From an uncultured cyanobacterium (GTDB lineage: Bacteria > Cyanobacteriota > Cyanobacteriia > Cyanobacteriales > Cyanobacteriaceae): DNA of 64,000 bases. Under the pieces are notes generated by a model. It had not been told where the DNA came from. It searched no databases and saw only the letters and a program-made list of their open reading frames with translations. Location: the NCBI GenBank assembly GCA_963749915.1, contig CAVVOP010000025.1, positions 1 through 64,000 of the forward strand. The letters are read 5' to 3'. The first letter of the stretch is position 1; each line of letters begins with the position of its first letter. Shown here piece after piece: positions 10,650-22,591 of this stretch. The position numbers were made by a program, and so were the translations under genes.

Positions 10650-11660
10650 ATGACAAAGTATTGGTTCTTAAATGAAAACGTTATATATGTCCTGAAACGC
10701 TTATTACAAGGGCTTTTAACCCTATTATTAGCATCTATGTTAAGTTTTGCTATTATTCAATTAGCACCCGGCGATTATCTCGATAATTTGCGACAAAATC
10801 CCACTATTTCCGAGGAAACCATTGAGGAGTTAAAAATTCGTTTTGGTTTAGATAAATCCGCTTTACAGCAATATGGGTTATGGTTTAAACAAGTTATCAC
10901 CAGATTTGACTTTGGCGAAAGTTTCGTTTATTCTCGCTCTGTATCTAGTCTCATTTTAGAAAGAATCCCCGCAACACTACTATTGGCATTTTCCTCTATC
11001 ATTATCACATGGACCATCGCCTTACCGTTAGGAATTGTCAGTGCGGTAAAACAAAATACCGTAACCGATAGAATTTTAAGGGTAATCAGTTATTTTGGGC
11101 AGGGATTCCCCAGTTTCATCACAGCCTTACTATTACTCATCCTAGCTCAAAACTTAGCCCCGATTTTTCCCGTTGGTGGCATGACTAGCATTAATCATGA
11201 AGAGTTGCCTTTCACGGGGAAAATAATGGATATCGGTTGGCATATGATTTTACCTACTATTGCTTTGAGTATAACCAGTTTTGCCGGATTACAAAGACTC
11301 ACCAGAGGGCAACTTTTGGACGTGCTAAGACAAGATTATATTCAAACAGCAAGAGCGAAGGGATTACCTGAAAATCGAGTTTTATATGTTCATGCTTTGC
11401 GTAATGCAATTAATCCTTTAATCACTCTTTTAGGCTTTGAATTTGCTAGTTTATTAAGTGGCTCATTTATCGCTGAATATTTCTTTAACTGGCCTGGTTT
11501 AGGACGACTAATATTACAGGCAGTACAAGCCCAAGATTTATATTTAGTAATGGCTAGTTTAATGATGGGGGCAACCATGTTGATTATCGGTAACTTAGTC
11601 GCCGATTTATTATTAAAAGTAGTTGATCCTCGTATAAAACTAGAAAATATCGACAGTTAA
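10650..11660 (+). CDS. Peptide/nickel ABC transporter permease (DppB/OppB-like)
   Basis: DYIQTARAKGLPENRVLYVHALRNA EAA motif; FNWPGLG. Confidence 0.92.
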   Translation: MTKYWFLNENVIYVLKRLLQGLLTLLLASMLSFAIIQLAPGDYLDNLRQNPTISEETIEELKIRFGLDKSALQQYGLWFKQVITRFDFGESFVYSRSVSSLILERIPATLLLAFSSIIITWTIALPLGIVSAVKQNTVTDRILRVISYFGQGFPSFITALLLLILAQNLAPIFPVGGMTSINHEELPFTGKIMDIGWHMILPTIALSITSFAGLQRLTRGQLLDVLRQDYIQTARAKGLPENRVLYVHALRNAINPLITLLGFEFASLLSGSFIAEYFFNWPGLGRLILQAVQAQDLYLVMASLMMGATMLIIGNLVADLLLKVVDPRIKLENIDS

Positions 11661-11826
11661 TTGTAACTGATTATTGTAGTTTGCTTTTGAACTGCCGTAA
11701 CCCAAACCAAATACGTTTGCCCTTTTGCTAGCCTGGATTATTCACAGCCCATTAATTCGTTACCTCCACTGTTTTGTAGGGACTACCTGAAATTTATGTT
11801 TTCATTGAGCCGACGTTATTGGGGAG

Positions 11827-13962
11827 TTATTTAACGATCGCACCAAAATCAGCTAAGATACGGCTGTTATTGCGCAATAACCCCAATAAATTAAGGCGAT
11901 TAGTTTTGATTTCTTCATTTTCCGCCATAACTAAAACGCTATTTTCGCCATCAAAAAAGTTGCTAACTTTAGGGTTAATTTCCAATAGAGCATCCGTTAA
12001 TAATTGATAGTTACTTTCAGTTTTGACTTTTTTAGTAATGGGGGTTAATTTTTCCAAGGCCTGATAAAATTCCCTCTCAGAAATAGACTCAAATAAATCA
12101 GGATTAATGACATTTTTGGGCTCTAATTCCTGAGTATTTAAACTACCTTTCGCTCCTAATTTTGTAGAACGATTTACCGTTTCATAAATTTGACTAAGGA
12201 TACCATTATTACGAATGTGCTGTAAAAATAAAGCCCGATCTCTTACGTCTAATAAATTATTCAAAGCCCTTTGTATATATTCTGTGTCGTTATCCCCTAA
12301 TACTGCATTTACTAAGTCATAATCTATATTTAATTCGTCTTGTAAAAGGGTATTAATTCTTTGGACAAAAAACTCTTTAAGGATATTAAAGGGGGATTCT
12401 TTTTCAGGATGTGTGGTGACAAATTCTTCACAGGCTTGATTTAATAATTGATGCAAATTCAGGTTAAGGTTACCATGCCATGTAATATTAATAATACCAT
12501 TTGCCGCCCTTCTTAAAGCAAAAGGATCACTTGAACCACTAGGCATCATTCCTAAACCAATTATACTCACAATGGTGTCAAGGCGATCGCTAATACCAAC
12601 AACTTGTCCATTAAGGGTTTGAGGTAAAATATCCCCAGCATTTCTCGGTAAATAATGCTCAAAAATTCCTTTGGCAACCGTAGGGGATTCACCACTAACG
12701 AGGGCGTATTTTGCTCCCATGATACCCTGCAATTCGGGAAACTCATATACCATTTGGGTGACTAAATCCGCCTTACACAGGGAAGCTGTACTATCTATTT
12801 CCGTGCGTTGTTCGTCATTTAATTTCAATTGTTCAGCAATTTGTTGACTAATGGCGATAATACGGTTAACTTTATCGTGCATTGATCCTAGATCTTTCTG
12901 AAAAGTTACATTTTCTAACTGGGGTAAATAAGTCTCTAAATGTTCATCACAATCTGCTTGATAGAAAAATTGTGCGTCGGCTAACCGTGCCCGAATTACT
13001 TTAGCGTTTCCTGTGCTGATAATATCAGATTTTTGAGGATCTCCGTTAGAAATAGTAATAAAATAAGGCATTAAATCCCCTTTGTCATCTCTTATGGGAA
13101 AATAACGCTGATGTTTAATCATCACAGTGGCGATGACTTCTGAAGGTAACCGTAAAAATTCTGGTTCAAACTTACCTAAAACAGCGGTGGGATATTCTAC
13201 TAAATTGCTCACTTCTGCCAATAAATCGGGATAAATTTCTGCTTTTCCTCCTACCGTATCCGCTAAAACTTTTATTTTCCCTTGAATCCTTTGACTACGG
13301 TGTTTTACATCTACCAACACTGATGCTTTTTCCAAGGACGCAACATAACTATTCGCCGATGAGATTTTTACCGTGTCAGGGTGCAAAACACGATGACCCG
13401 ATGTAAGGCGACCGCTTTTTAAAATAGTTGAACCGCTTACCAACTCAAAGGGTAAAATATCCTCCCCCCACAAAGCAACAATACTACGAATAGGGCGAGG
13501 AAACCGTAAATCACCATCCCCCCAACGCATAAACCTCCTGCCTTCTAACCCCGTAATCCACTGAGGGATCAACTTTTGCAAGATAGCCGTCGTTTGTTGA
13601 CCAACAGTTTTTTTATTAATAAAAATAAATTTCCCTTTATCAGTAGTTTTTATCTGAAAATCAGCGACGGAAACCCCTTGTTTACGGGCGAAACCTTCCG
13701 CCGCTGGAGTAGGCTTACCATTCCTAAAGGCCGTGGAAATGGCAGGTCCTTTAATTTCTTCTTCTCTATCGGGTTGTTTCTCCTCTAAACCCTCAATCAA
13801 CACCCCTAAACGTCTGGGAGTACCATAAATGTTGATTTTACCAGGTTTTAAAAATTCATCGCTCAAATTTTGTTTAATTTTGTTTTGCCATTGATTAATA
13901 GCACTATTAATAAAATCTGCTGGTAGTTCTTCAGTTCCAATTTCTAAAAGGAAGTTAGGCAT
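11827..13962 (-). CDS. glyS: Glycine--tRNA ligase beta subunit
   Basis: [27 protein letters not shown]. Confidence 0.98.
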   Translation of the reverse strand: MPNFLLEIGTEELPADFINSAINQWQNKIKQNLSDEFLKPGKINIYGTPRRLGVLIEGLEEKQPDREEEIKGPAISTAFRNGKPTPAAEGFARKQGVSVADFQIKTTDKGKFIFINKKTVGQQTTAILQKLIPQWITGLEGRRFMRWGDGDLRFPRPIRSIVALWGEDILPFELVSGSTILKSGRLTSGHRVLHPDTVKISSANSYVASLEKASVLVDVKHRSQRIQGKIKVLADTVGGKAEIYPDLLAEVSNLVEYPTAVLGKFEPEFLRLPSEVIATVMIKHQRYFPIRDDKGDLMPYFITISNGDPQKSDIISTGNAKVIRARLADAQFFYQADCDEHLETYLPQLENVTFQKDLGSMHDKVNRIIAISQQIAEQLKLNDEQRTEIDSTASLCKADLVTQMVYEFPELQGIMGAKYALVSGESPTVAKGIFEHYLPRNAGDILPQTLNGQVVGISDRLDTIVSIIGLGMMPSGSSDPFALRRAANGIINITWHGNLNLNLHQLLNQACEEFVTTHPEKESPFNILKEFFVQRINTLLQDELNIDYDLVNAVLGDNDTEYIQRALNNLLDVRDRALFLQHIRNNGILSQIYETVNRSTKLGAKGSLNTQELEPKNVINPDLFESISEREFYQALEKLTPITKKVKTESNYQLLTDALLEINPKVSNFFDGENSVLVMAENEEIKTNRLNLLGLLRNNSRILADFGAIVK

Positions 13963-14167
13963 ATTCTACTTAATTTATTTGAAAACATGATAGAAGAAAA
14001 TGAAAGAATTATCAAGATATTAATAAGTTCAATTAATAAATTAAAAGAAAAATAATCTAGTTAGATTTTAACTCATTACTCATTACTCGTTACTCATTAC
14101 TTCAAAACCAGGTGTATAATTCCTACCCAAAATTTCGTTCACCCGTTGCTTAACTCCCGCAAGAAGT

Positions 14168-14458
14168 CTAATTGATAGGAGAAATTAAGACAAAAGGTTG
14201 CACAATAATAGTATTAAATTGGTGAGTTGGATGTTCATTCCATAAACTTAATTGTTGAGAAGAAGGTTTATGAATCAACTGTTCATTAATCCAATTTTGC
14301 ACTAAATTTGTTTTATCTTCGGCGATGGCGTAACCAACTTCAATTAAATCTAAATTTTGATCGACAACAATCAACGCATCCCTCTGGGCGTGAGGAATTA
14401 AATCCTTCCAATTCGTTGGGGCTATCTGTTTTTGCAACTCTGTTTTTAAATCTGACAT
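14168..14458 (-). CDS. DUF2288 family protein
   Basis: W.DLIPHAQRDALIVV...IVQPFVLI. Confidence 0.8.
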   Translation of the reverse strand: MSDLKTELQKQIAPTNWKDLIPHAQRDALIVVDQNLDLIEVGYAIAEDKTNLVQNWINEQLIHKPSSQQLSLWNEHPTHQFNTIIVQPFVLISPIN

Positions 14459-14573
14459 TAACGAATTTCGATCTTATTTTACTCTCATATATTGTATCGG
14501 AAAGAAAACTCAAAAATCAAAAATAAATTTATTAATTACTAATTGTTAATGGTCTATTGTTAATTATTGTTAA

Positions 14574-14909
14574 CTATTTCCAGCCATTATCAGCTTGAGA
14601 AAGAACATAAGTAGCTACATCTTCAATTTTTTCTGCCGTCAGATTCTTAGCAAAAGAGGGCATTCCCGCTTTGCCATTAAGAATTTGAGATTTAATTTTG
14701 CCTAAATCATACATTTCGTATTTTTCTAAGTCGACTTTTTGTAAGGTTTTCGCAGGATTTACTACGTTTCTGCCGCCCATGTGACAAGATGCACAGTTAG
14801 CAGTGAAAATCGCCGCACCTTTTTGTGCGTCTCCGGCTAATACAGGGGTGCTAAAACTGAAGGTTGCAACGGTAATTAATAACAATACTAAACTAATAAT
14901 TTTTTTCAT
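14574..14909 (-). CDS. petJ: Cytochrome c6
   Basis: Signal peptide, CASCH heme motif, GKAGMPSF. Confidence 0.93.
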   Translation of the reverse strand: MKKIISLVLLLITVATFSFSTPVLAGDAQKGAAIFTANCASCHMGGRNVVNPAKTLQKVDLEKYEMYDLGKIKSQILNGKAGMPSFAKNLTAEKIEDVATYVLSQADNGWK

Positions 14910-15133
14910 TTTTTAGGTTTTGAATAGTGTTCAACGACTCTCTATATTTGATCTTCCTCAATTTGTTTTTTATTGTCAAATGACAGCCTGTAAAAGTTAG
15001 TTACATTTCTTCATATTTAAATGATAATTTCCTCTGCAAAGAAGTTGGAAATTAAAATTCCCCACCTCAATCTGTCAATCAGGAAAAAATTGGGTTACAT
15101 TGATAAATAAGTAAGTTGACAGGAGAAAAAATT

Positions 15134-15382
15134 ATGTGTATTTGTGTTAACTGTCTGTATGTCGATCGCTGTAACACCTATTTTGCAGTAGAAACCCAAC
15201 ATCAACAACTTCATCTAACCGATAACCCTGATTTTGAACCACAACAACCTTCTATCAATGTCAATATTCGTACTGATGATGACTATATCGAAATGGAATG
15301 GGATGTAGTGGGTTGTGACAGTTTCACTGAAGAAAGAGGAAAATGGGCAAAATTGCGACCGGGGGAAGCGATTCCGACTTAA
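15134..15382 (+). CDS. ycf34: Ycf34 family protein
   Basis: MCICVNC..VDRC..Y..VE.QH; AGGAG at 15121. Confidence 0.88.
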   Translation: MCICVNCLYVDRCNTYFAVETQHQQLHLTDNPDFEPQQPSINVNIRTDDDYIEMEWDVVGCDSFTEERGKWAKLRPGEAIPT

Positions 15383-15450
15383 TCAGGTTCCAGAGAAAGT
15401 AAATTCTAGTAAATTCTTCGGATGCACTATCGCATTCGCCCTTAAAAATA

Positions 15451-16491
15451 ATGTTGTCAGAAAATCTTGGTGAGAATCTCGATTTATCCATCGTCATTCC
15501 TGTTTATAATGGGGGCGATAATTTTCGTTTTTGTTTAGAAAGTATCAAACGATTTGCACCCTCACAAGTAGAAGTAATTATCGTAGCGGATGGCGATACT
15601 GATGGTTCAAGAGATTTAGCTTCTGAGTTCGACTATCAACTTTTGACAAATCCTATCAGCAAAGGTCCTGCAACCGCTAGAAATATGGGTGCCAGAATTG
15701 CTAAAGGTGATTTGATTTGTTTTCTGGATGCCGATATCACCATTAATCAACAAACTATTATCCGAATACTCAATTTTTTTGCTCACCATCAGGACATAGC
15801 CGCTATTATGGGCTCTTATGATGACTCTCCTTTTGCTAACAATTTTCTCTCTCAATATAAGAATCTTTTTCACCATTATAACCATCAACAAGGCAAAGAA
15901 AATGCTTGTACTTTTTGGGGAGCTTGTGGGGTTATTCGTCGGGAAATATTCCTGCAAATAGGTGGTTTTAATGAAAGTTATCGTTTACCTTCTGTAGAAG
16001 ATATAGAATTAGGTTATCGACTTATCAAAGCTGGTTATAAAATTCGTTTATGTAAGGAGATTCAAGTAAAACATCTAAAAAAATGGACTGTTATTTCCTT
16101 ACTAAAAGCTGACATTTTTTATCGGGCTATTCCTTGGACTGTTTTAATATTAAAATATCAGCAAGTAGTGAATGATTTAAACCTAAATTGGTATAGCAGA
16201 ACGAGCATTATTTTAGTTTATAGCTTATTGTTATATTTCTTTTTGTTGTTTTGGAAAACCGAATTTATTGTTTTGATCTTCTTTAACATTATTGCCCTTT
16301 TAATTTTGAATTTTCCCATTTATAGATTCTTTTTCCAAAAAAGGGGTTTATTATTTTCTTTAATGGTAATTCCTTGGCACTGGTTATATTATTTTTATGG
16401 TGGATTAGGGTTTGTTATTGGTTTGATCAGAAATCGTATTTTTGCTCGTGGTAAGGTCAGGGATGTGCAGACAAATAATGTAACAGTTTGA
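15451..16491 (+). CDS. Glycosyltransferase family 2 with C-terminal TM segments
   Basis: SIVIPVYN, FLDAD, GGFNE, EDIELGYRL. Confidence 0.9.
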   Translation: MLSENLGENLDLSIVIPVYNGGDNFRFCLESIKRFAPSQVEVIIVADGDTDGSRDLASEFDYQLLTNPISKGPATARNMGARIAKGDLICFLDADITINQQTIIRILNFFAHHQDIAAIMGSYDDSPFANNFLSQYKNLFHHYNHQQGKENACTFWGACGVIRREIFLQIGGFNESYRLPSVEDIELGYRLIKAGYKIRLCKEIQVKHLKKWTVISLLKADIFYRAIPWTVLILKYQQVVNDLNLNWYSRTSIILVYSLLLYFFLLFWKTEFIVLIFFNIIALLILNFPIYRFFFQKRGLLFSLMVIPWHWLYYFYGGLGFVIGLIRNRIFARGKVRDVQTNNVTV

Positions 16492-16630
16492 AAGATTTTC
16501 TTCCTTAAGAAAGACGGGTGGTTAGGGGAGATCAACAACCGGACATATTATTAAATTGCAGGTCTTTTAGTTGAACCTCTAAACTATTCCGCAACTTATT
16601 CTTGTTGTCAATAATTAACCTTGGTAATTA

Positions 16631-18379
16631 ATGCTTTATTTTATTTTTGTCTGGACCATACTAATATTTATTTGTTTAACTATTGGTACGGCTATTCTTA
16701 ATCTTGTCCAAGCAAATCATTTAACCAGAAAAGGTGATCGTTTTATCCTCTCCATTTGGTTAGGAATAATTAGTTTAACACTGCTATTTCTGACCGTATC
16801 TTTCATCTTACCTCTTTCAAGTTTAGTTGGGTTATCAGCTAGTTTAATTTTGATCATAATTTCTTTTTTCTTTCGTAAAAATCGTCAAGAAATTAAATCA
16901 TTATTAACAAGTTTAAACTTAAAAAATATATCCCTTTATCTTTTTATTGCTATTATCATTTCTGCTTTTGCTAGCCAAAAAGTTATTTGGTTTGACACCG
17001 GAGTGTACCATTGGGGATCAATCAAATGGTTATCTGAATTTGGTACAGTTTTCGGGGTTGGTTTAATTAATTCTAAATTTGGCTTTAATGCCGGTTGGTT
17101 TGCTTTTTCTGCACCCTTACATTTTTCTCTGCTAAAGTCTCATATTGGGGCTATTGGCAATGGATTTCTCCTTTTTCTAGTAGTAACTCATTTCCTTATC
17201 GCTCTCAAACATTTATTGAGTCGACAATTACTAATATCTGACGGATTTGTTCTAACATATTTTGGTACTATTCTTCCCTTTTACATCGTAACTTCTTTTG
17301 ATAATTCACGAATTTTAATCTCCTTTGCTCCTGATATTCCTGTTAATTTTTTAATCGGGGTTATTGCTTGGACAATTCTTCTAATATCTAACACTCAGAT
17401 TCCATCAAACAAATATGAGGGTAATCATTGTTTTTCCAGTCAATTAATTCCTCTTTTTTTATCATTGGGAACGATCTCCATGAAGTTATCTGCTTTACCT
17501 TTATTCCCCATAACCTTTCTTTTTTCTTTATCGATAAAATCCAATCAATCTAGAAAAATTAAGAGATTTATTATAAGCAGTTTTCTATCTATCTTATTAT
17601 TAATGCCCATGTTTATGTACGGAATTAAAACTACTGGATGTCCGTTATATCCTTCCTCTTTGATGTGTATAAATCTTCCTTGGTCTATCGATAAAGCCGT
17701 TGTCAAGGAGGAAAAAAACATAATTACCGGTATAGGAACAACCCCCACAAAATCTTCTGAAAATTATTTTCTGCTCCTGGTAAACAGTAGATTTCAGTGG
17801 TTAAAATCATCAATTAAGTTACAATTCCTGTTCTTATTAATTATTCCTTCTGTTATATTTTCATTAATTCTTATTAAGAATAAAAACCATATTTTGTTAT
17901 TTAAAGGCTATTCTTGGTTATTAGGTTTAGGTTTTTTGGGAATAAGTTTTATTATGATTCAAAGTCCTATATTCCGATTTGGCCTAGGATACTTTTGCCT
18001 CATTCCGAGCCTATTTATAGCTATATTTTTAATTCAAAAACTAGCAAACATAAATTATCTAAATAACTTAAGCTCTCAAACAAATAAACTTTTTTTCCTA
18101 AGTATTATAATTTTTATTTCAGTCATTTTGATATTTGACGACTCCATTGAAAAGCGGTTATTGTTGCCTTTGGGACTACCAGAAATAGAAGTTATTAAAG
18201 CACAGATTAATGATATTAAATATGTCTATCCAGATAACTCAGAAGATAAATCAGAGATAGCATGTTGGGATCAGAAATTACCTTGTTCTCCATTACCTAT
18301 TCAAGAAAATATTAGATTAAAAAATCCAGAAAAAGGCATTGGTGGTGGTTTTTTAAATGAAAAAATTAAAACGGAATAA
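16631..18379 (+). CDS. Polytopic membrane protein, possibly glycosylation-related
   Basis: Many hydrophobic helices, WFDTGVYHW and TTGCPLYP motifs; follows the GT2 gene. Confidence 0.7.
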   Translation: MLYFIFVWTILIFICLTIGTAILNLVQANHLTRKGDRFILSIWLGIISLTLLFLTVSFILPLSSLVGLSASLILIIISFFFRKNRQEIKSLLTSLNLKNISLYLFIAIIISAFASQKVIWFDTGVYHWGSIKWLSEFGTVFGVGLINSKFGFNAGWFAFSAPLHFSLLKSHIGAIGNGFLLFLVVTHFLIALKHLLSRQLLISDGFVLTYFGTILPFYIVTSFDNSRILISFAPDIPVNFLIGVIAWTILLISNTQIPSNKYEGNHCFSSQLIPLFLSLGTISMKLSALPLFPITFLFSLSIKSNQSRKIKRFIISSFLSILLLMPMFMYGIKTTGCPLYPSSLMCINLPWSIDKAVVKEEKNIITGIGTTPTKSSENYFLLLVNSRFQWLKSSIKLQFLFLLIIPSVIFSLILIKNKNHILLFKGYSWLLGLGFLGISFIMIQSPIFRFGLGYFCLIPSLFIAIFLIQKLANINYLNNLSSQTNKLFFLSIIIFISVILIFDDSIEKRLLLPLGLPEIEVIKAQINDIKYVYPDNSEDKSEIACWDQKLPCSPLPIQENIRLKNPEKGIGGGFLNEKIKTE

Positions 18380-18543
18380 AATATCTAATAGACATCTCCA
18401 ACCGACATTCAGCAGATTAATGTGGAAAAAAAATAATTTTAAAACTCCAAGATAACAAAGGTTTCGACGATTTGGTCTAGCTCCCCAGGTAGGCGAAGTG
18501 ATAAAGTATTCTGAGATTTTAGCAACTTTTTCTCTCAAGGCAA

Positions 18544-19263
18544 TGAATCAACCTCTGGACATTGATGTACAGGACATCGATCATCTTGGAATAATCGCCG
18601 GCATCATCAATGAGATCGGGATTGTCGAAATCACTAATCGCCTGTTGGGAACACATCCTCTGGAAGAAGTCAGTGCTGGCCACGTGGTCAAAGCCTTAAT
18701 TCTCAGTCAGAGACTGACTCAGGTGAGATGAGCCCTCTAGAGCAATCCAATGGACAGAAGGCAGAAGCAGAGGACTCAGCAGAGCCCGTACCGATAGAGA
18801 TTACCCACGGCTATTCGAGAGACCATCATCCTGACTTAAAACAGTATACCCTGGCACTGATCACCAGTGGCGATGGTGATGTCCCATTATACTTACGAGT
18901 GGGGAATGGCAACGATGCTGACCAAGCCGTGTTTACCGAAGTGATTGCACAATTTCAGCAACAGTGGAAAGCTGCAGAGCCTGAGGTCTATGTGGCTGAT
19001 GCCGCTCTCTACAATGAAGAGAACTTGGTAGCGTTAGGACAGACTCCTTGGATTAGTCGTGTGCCTGCCACCATTGCTGAGGCTCAACAGTTAATGCAAA
19101 CCCTACCCCAGGAAATGTTCGCCAGCCAGTTCCGGGAACAGCTACTCTATGGCTGAAGTGTGCAGCACCTACGCAGGAGTCCGCCAGCGCTGGCTTGTGG
19201 TCCAAAGCGAATCGCGCCAACAAGCAGACCTCAAGCAATTGAACCAGCGCATTGCTAATGCTA
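18544..19263 (+). mobile_element. IS1634-family transposase remnant (internal deletion, frameshift, truncated)
   Basis: DIDVQDIDHLGIIAGIINEIG; ITHGYSRDHHPDLKQ; YVADAALY; cut at CCTACATTCCGCA near 19267; higher GC than flanks. Confidence 0.85.
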
Positions 19264-19404
19264 AAACCTACATTCCGCAGGTTTCTCAACAGAGGAAATA
19301 ATATTTTTGACAGGCCGAACCGAGGAAGCGCAAAATCAACCTTTGTAAATCGCTCAACTTGATTGACCCCTAGTTCCTGAAGTGCTTTGACTTTCTTCGT
19401 TTTA

Positions 19405-20612
19405 GCCCACATTCCGCACTTCACTTTGTAAGATGATAAAAGTATTAAAACCAAGCAACTTATTTTGGACAAAATATAAGTAATAATACTCAATATCTTC
19501 TTTATTCGCGTTTTGTACTCGCGAACTTTGCTCAAATTAAAATCTCATTGTCAATAACTTCACCTTTAATGAGAATAAATAAACAGAGCAAATCTATCAG
19601 TTTTCTCTTCTTTATTTATGGTATTATAATTGAGAATGTTTAGACTCTTAAATCCCATAAGTTATCCAGATAAAATATAATAATTATGACAAGAAATCGG
19701 GAAAAAACTTAAAATTAGTTTTCGTTCATTTGTTAGATTTACTATCTGTTTTATTCCTTGATTTATTACTAAATGAATCCCCTGAAAACATTGAAATATC
19801 CATCTTAACGTTGGACGTTCCGTTAGTTTTCCCAGCTGATTTTTTATCCCCGTTTTTCTCTCCTCTAATAAGCGACGCACTTCTCTTTGCCCCAAAGAAT
19901 ATACTAACAGACATAACCCCATCAACATTGCCATTGTTTCGATTCTTTTTGGGGTTTTTAAAAACACACTATCTGCAAAAAATAATGGCTCTTTCAGAAA
20001 ACTAAAACCTCTTTCTGCGGCTTGTTGCTCTTTATACTTAATTAAAATTTCATCAGAATTAAATTTACTTTTATCCAATCTATTTGTAGCTAACACAAAT
20101 CTTCCTGCTCTTTTTTTTGATTCGTTTATTTTCGTTAAATCTGATTTCAAAATAGCCGTAACTTGATAAGTTTTTCCCGATTTTTCTTCTTTCTTTTTCG
20201 ATTTTTTCTTGTGATTATTTAACTCACTTTCTGTCATTTTTAGCTCGGTTATGTGATGATATTTTAAAGTCTTATTTAGTCTCACAACTGTTTCATAAGC
20301 TCCCTCTGATGGCCTAAATTCTTCCTTCATCAATTTCTTTAATATTTCTTCGGTTTTTTCTTTTTCTTTCTCTATTTTTTCCCTTAGTTTTTCTAGCTCT
20401 GATACTTTTCTTTTTTCACTTTCTACTATTAACCATCTTTGCTCAATTTCTGCATAATTATTCCTTACTTCACACCATGAATATCCTTCTAAACTACTTG
20501 GAGTCAAATCAGATTCTGATAGTTCTGAAACTAAATTTTTTGCCTCTTTTATTGATAGTGGCACTCTCGATAACCATTCTATTCCACTCATTTTCGCTAG
20601 CTGAATTTTCTC
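19405..20612 (-). mobile_element. IS1634-family element, 3' part with right end
   Basis: WLSRVPLSIKEAK...YKEQQAAERGFSFLKEP...PTLRWIFQCFQGIH (stop at 19662); end CCCACATTCCGCA near 19406; the track ORF's N-terminus is read-through from the next IS. Confidence 0.85.
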
Positions 20613-21176
20613 TTTGTTCACTATTTGGTCGCAAATGGCATAGTTGTTATGAGGCAATCCAAGATTCTCGCCCCAATAGCAATAAACTGATGAAAAGATA
20701 TGTTCAAGAAATACCTCAACTCGAATATATCTTATTGGGTATCGACAATACTCATTGGGAATTGAAAGATGCTCCCACCATGAAAGATAGAGGCTATCAA
20801 TACAAGAGTTCATCAATGAATTCATCAATCAAGGGACTCGGATATAGTACCATTGCATGGTTACCACAGTTAGAGGCAAAGGGAAGTTGGACATTACCCC
20901 TCAGACACGAAAGAATTACCTCATTTGAAACCGCAATCTCTAAAGCAACTTGGCAACTCAAACAAGTATCAAGATATTTACCCCAGAAGCTCAACAAATT
21001 ACTGGTCTTAGATTGTGAATATGGCAATGGTGTCTTTGTGAAACAAACCGCAGACATCAAAGTGAGTAAATTAATCAGAATTAGATCTAATTGTTGTTTA
21101 TATACAGAGCCAGGAAACTACTCAGGAAGAGGAAGACCAAGGAAACATGGACATAAATTCAAACTCAATGATCTTT

Positions 21177-21731
21177 CTAACTTTTCACGGCATCTTTTTC
21201 GGTTGACAGGTGTTAGGTGTTAGGGGTTGGGTGTTAGGATTAGGGATTGAGGATAAGCTTTAATAGTTGAACAGTCAAAAAAAACACTTAGAAACTGATG
21301 GGAATACAATCCTATAGAGACTTAAAGGTTTGGCAAACAGGCATGGATTTAGCAGAAGAATGCTACTTAGTTACTCGCAATTTCCCCAAAGAAGAACTTT
21401 ACGGGTTAATTTCTCAGATTCGTCGAGCATCAGCCTCTATTCCCGCCAATGTCGCTGAGGGGCATGGTCGAAAAACCCGAAAAGAATATATACAGTTTTT
21501 ATACATAGCACAAGGCTCTCTTAAAGAATTAGAAACTCATCTTTTATTGTCGAAAAGGGTAAAGTTAGGAGAGGGGAAAGTCATTGATTCTCTTTTAAAT
21601 AGATGTGAATCCCTCGGAAGATTATTATCAGCATTGATTCGTGCCCTCGAAAACAAAAACTGAATTTTCCCTATCACCCAACCCCTAACACCCAAACCCT
21701 TTCTCAGGGAAAAGATACCGTGAAAAGTCAG
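21177..21731. mobile_element. Non-autonomous TIR element with cargo gene
   Basis: Ends CTAACTTTTCACGG / CCGTGAAAAGTCAG; 10-bp target duplication AATGATCTTT at 21167-21176 and 21732-21741. Confidence 0.9.
21298..21663 (+). CDS. Four helix bundle protein (23S rRNA IVS protein family)
   Basis: SYRDLKVWQ...FPKEELYGLISQIRRASASIPANVAEG...FLYIAQGSLKELETHL. Confidence 0.93.
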   Translation: MGIQSYRDLKVWQTGMDLAEECYLVTRNFPKEELYGLISQIRRASASIPANVAEGHGRKTRKEYIQFLYIAQGSLKELETHLLLSKRVKLGEGKVIDSLLNRCESLGRLLSALIRALENKN

Positions 21732-22591
21732 AATGATCTTTCCACTCATTTCACCGCAGATGAAATAGCAGAAGTAAATGATGAGTCCTTAGGGTTAATC
21801 AAAATCAGTAAATGGAGTAACTTGCACTTTCGTAATGCTTATGAGCAAAAACTGAGTTTGATTAAAATAGAAAGATTGTCGGAAAAGAAAACAGGGGAAA
21901 AACATCGTCCACTATGGTTGATTTGGGTAGGAAAACAATTTTTAGAGTTAGAAAAAATCTGGTCGCAATATGCTCGAAGATTTGGAGTAGACCATTGGTA
22001 TCGATTTGCCAAACAGAGATTACATTGGAATTTACCGAAGTTGGGAACAACCGCTCAATGTCAAAGATGGAGTGATTTGATAGTGAATATGACATGGCAG
22101 TTATGGTTGGGAAAAGACTTAGTAGAAGAAAATCATCTACCTTGGCAAAAACCACAGGAGAATTTAACACCTCAAAGAGTAGCACAGTCAATGTTTTCAC
22201 TTTTAATCGAGATTGGCTCACCCACCAAAGTAGCTAAAACCAGAGGAAAATCAGTTGGATGCAAGAAAGGTAAAAAAAGAATGAAAAGAAAGAGATATCC
22301 ACTGGTGAAAAAGCGACAATCAAAAAGTAAAAAATCAGCAAAAAAGGCAGCTTAAGATCATAATTTAGGAAAATTATGTTTGATTTCAGTTAATTTTATT
22401 TAGCTGAGTTATTGCTATGTCAAATTTTATTTAGTCTAAAGTACAGTTGAAAATCTCACTATTCTTAATATTTTGATAAAATCTACATAATCAAATTATC
22501 CGAAATTTGCAACTTTTAACCCTTGACAAAATTTAGAAAATATGTGTAACATCCTCTCGGCACGCTATTTTTTAATAAAAGGAGAATTTTT

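Larger units (their letters stand above)
20598..22449 (+). mobile_element. IS701/IS4-like DDE transposase element, 5'-truncated and interrupted
   Basis: LFGRKWHSCYEAIQD, GIDNTHW, LDCEYG, YARRFGVDHWYRFAKQRLHW; frame continues across the 21177-21731 insertion; probable right end TTAGTCTAAAGTACAGTTG. Confidence 0.85.

Noticed and set aside
14070..14101. (ACTCATT)n and similar heptamer tracts at 5869, 7069 and 28081
   Set aside because: Ordinary cyanobacterial short tandem repeats; not novel on their own.
14974..15015. Possible PetR (GAC-N5-GTC) or HLR1 sites upstream of petJ
   Set aside because: Only imperfect matches in AT-rich DNA; not supportable without comparative data.
21298..21663. Four-helix-bundle gene as the Avd of a diversity-generating retroelement or an rRNA IVS
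   Set aside because: No reverse transcriptase, no template/variable repeat pair with adenine-specific differences and no rRNA gene in the window.
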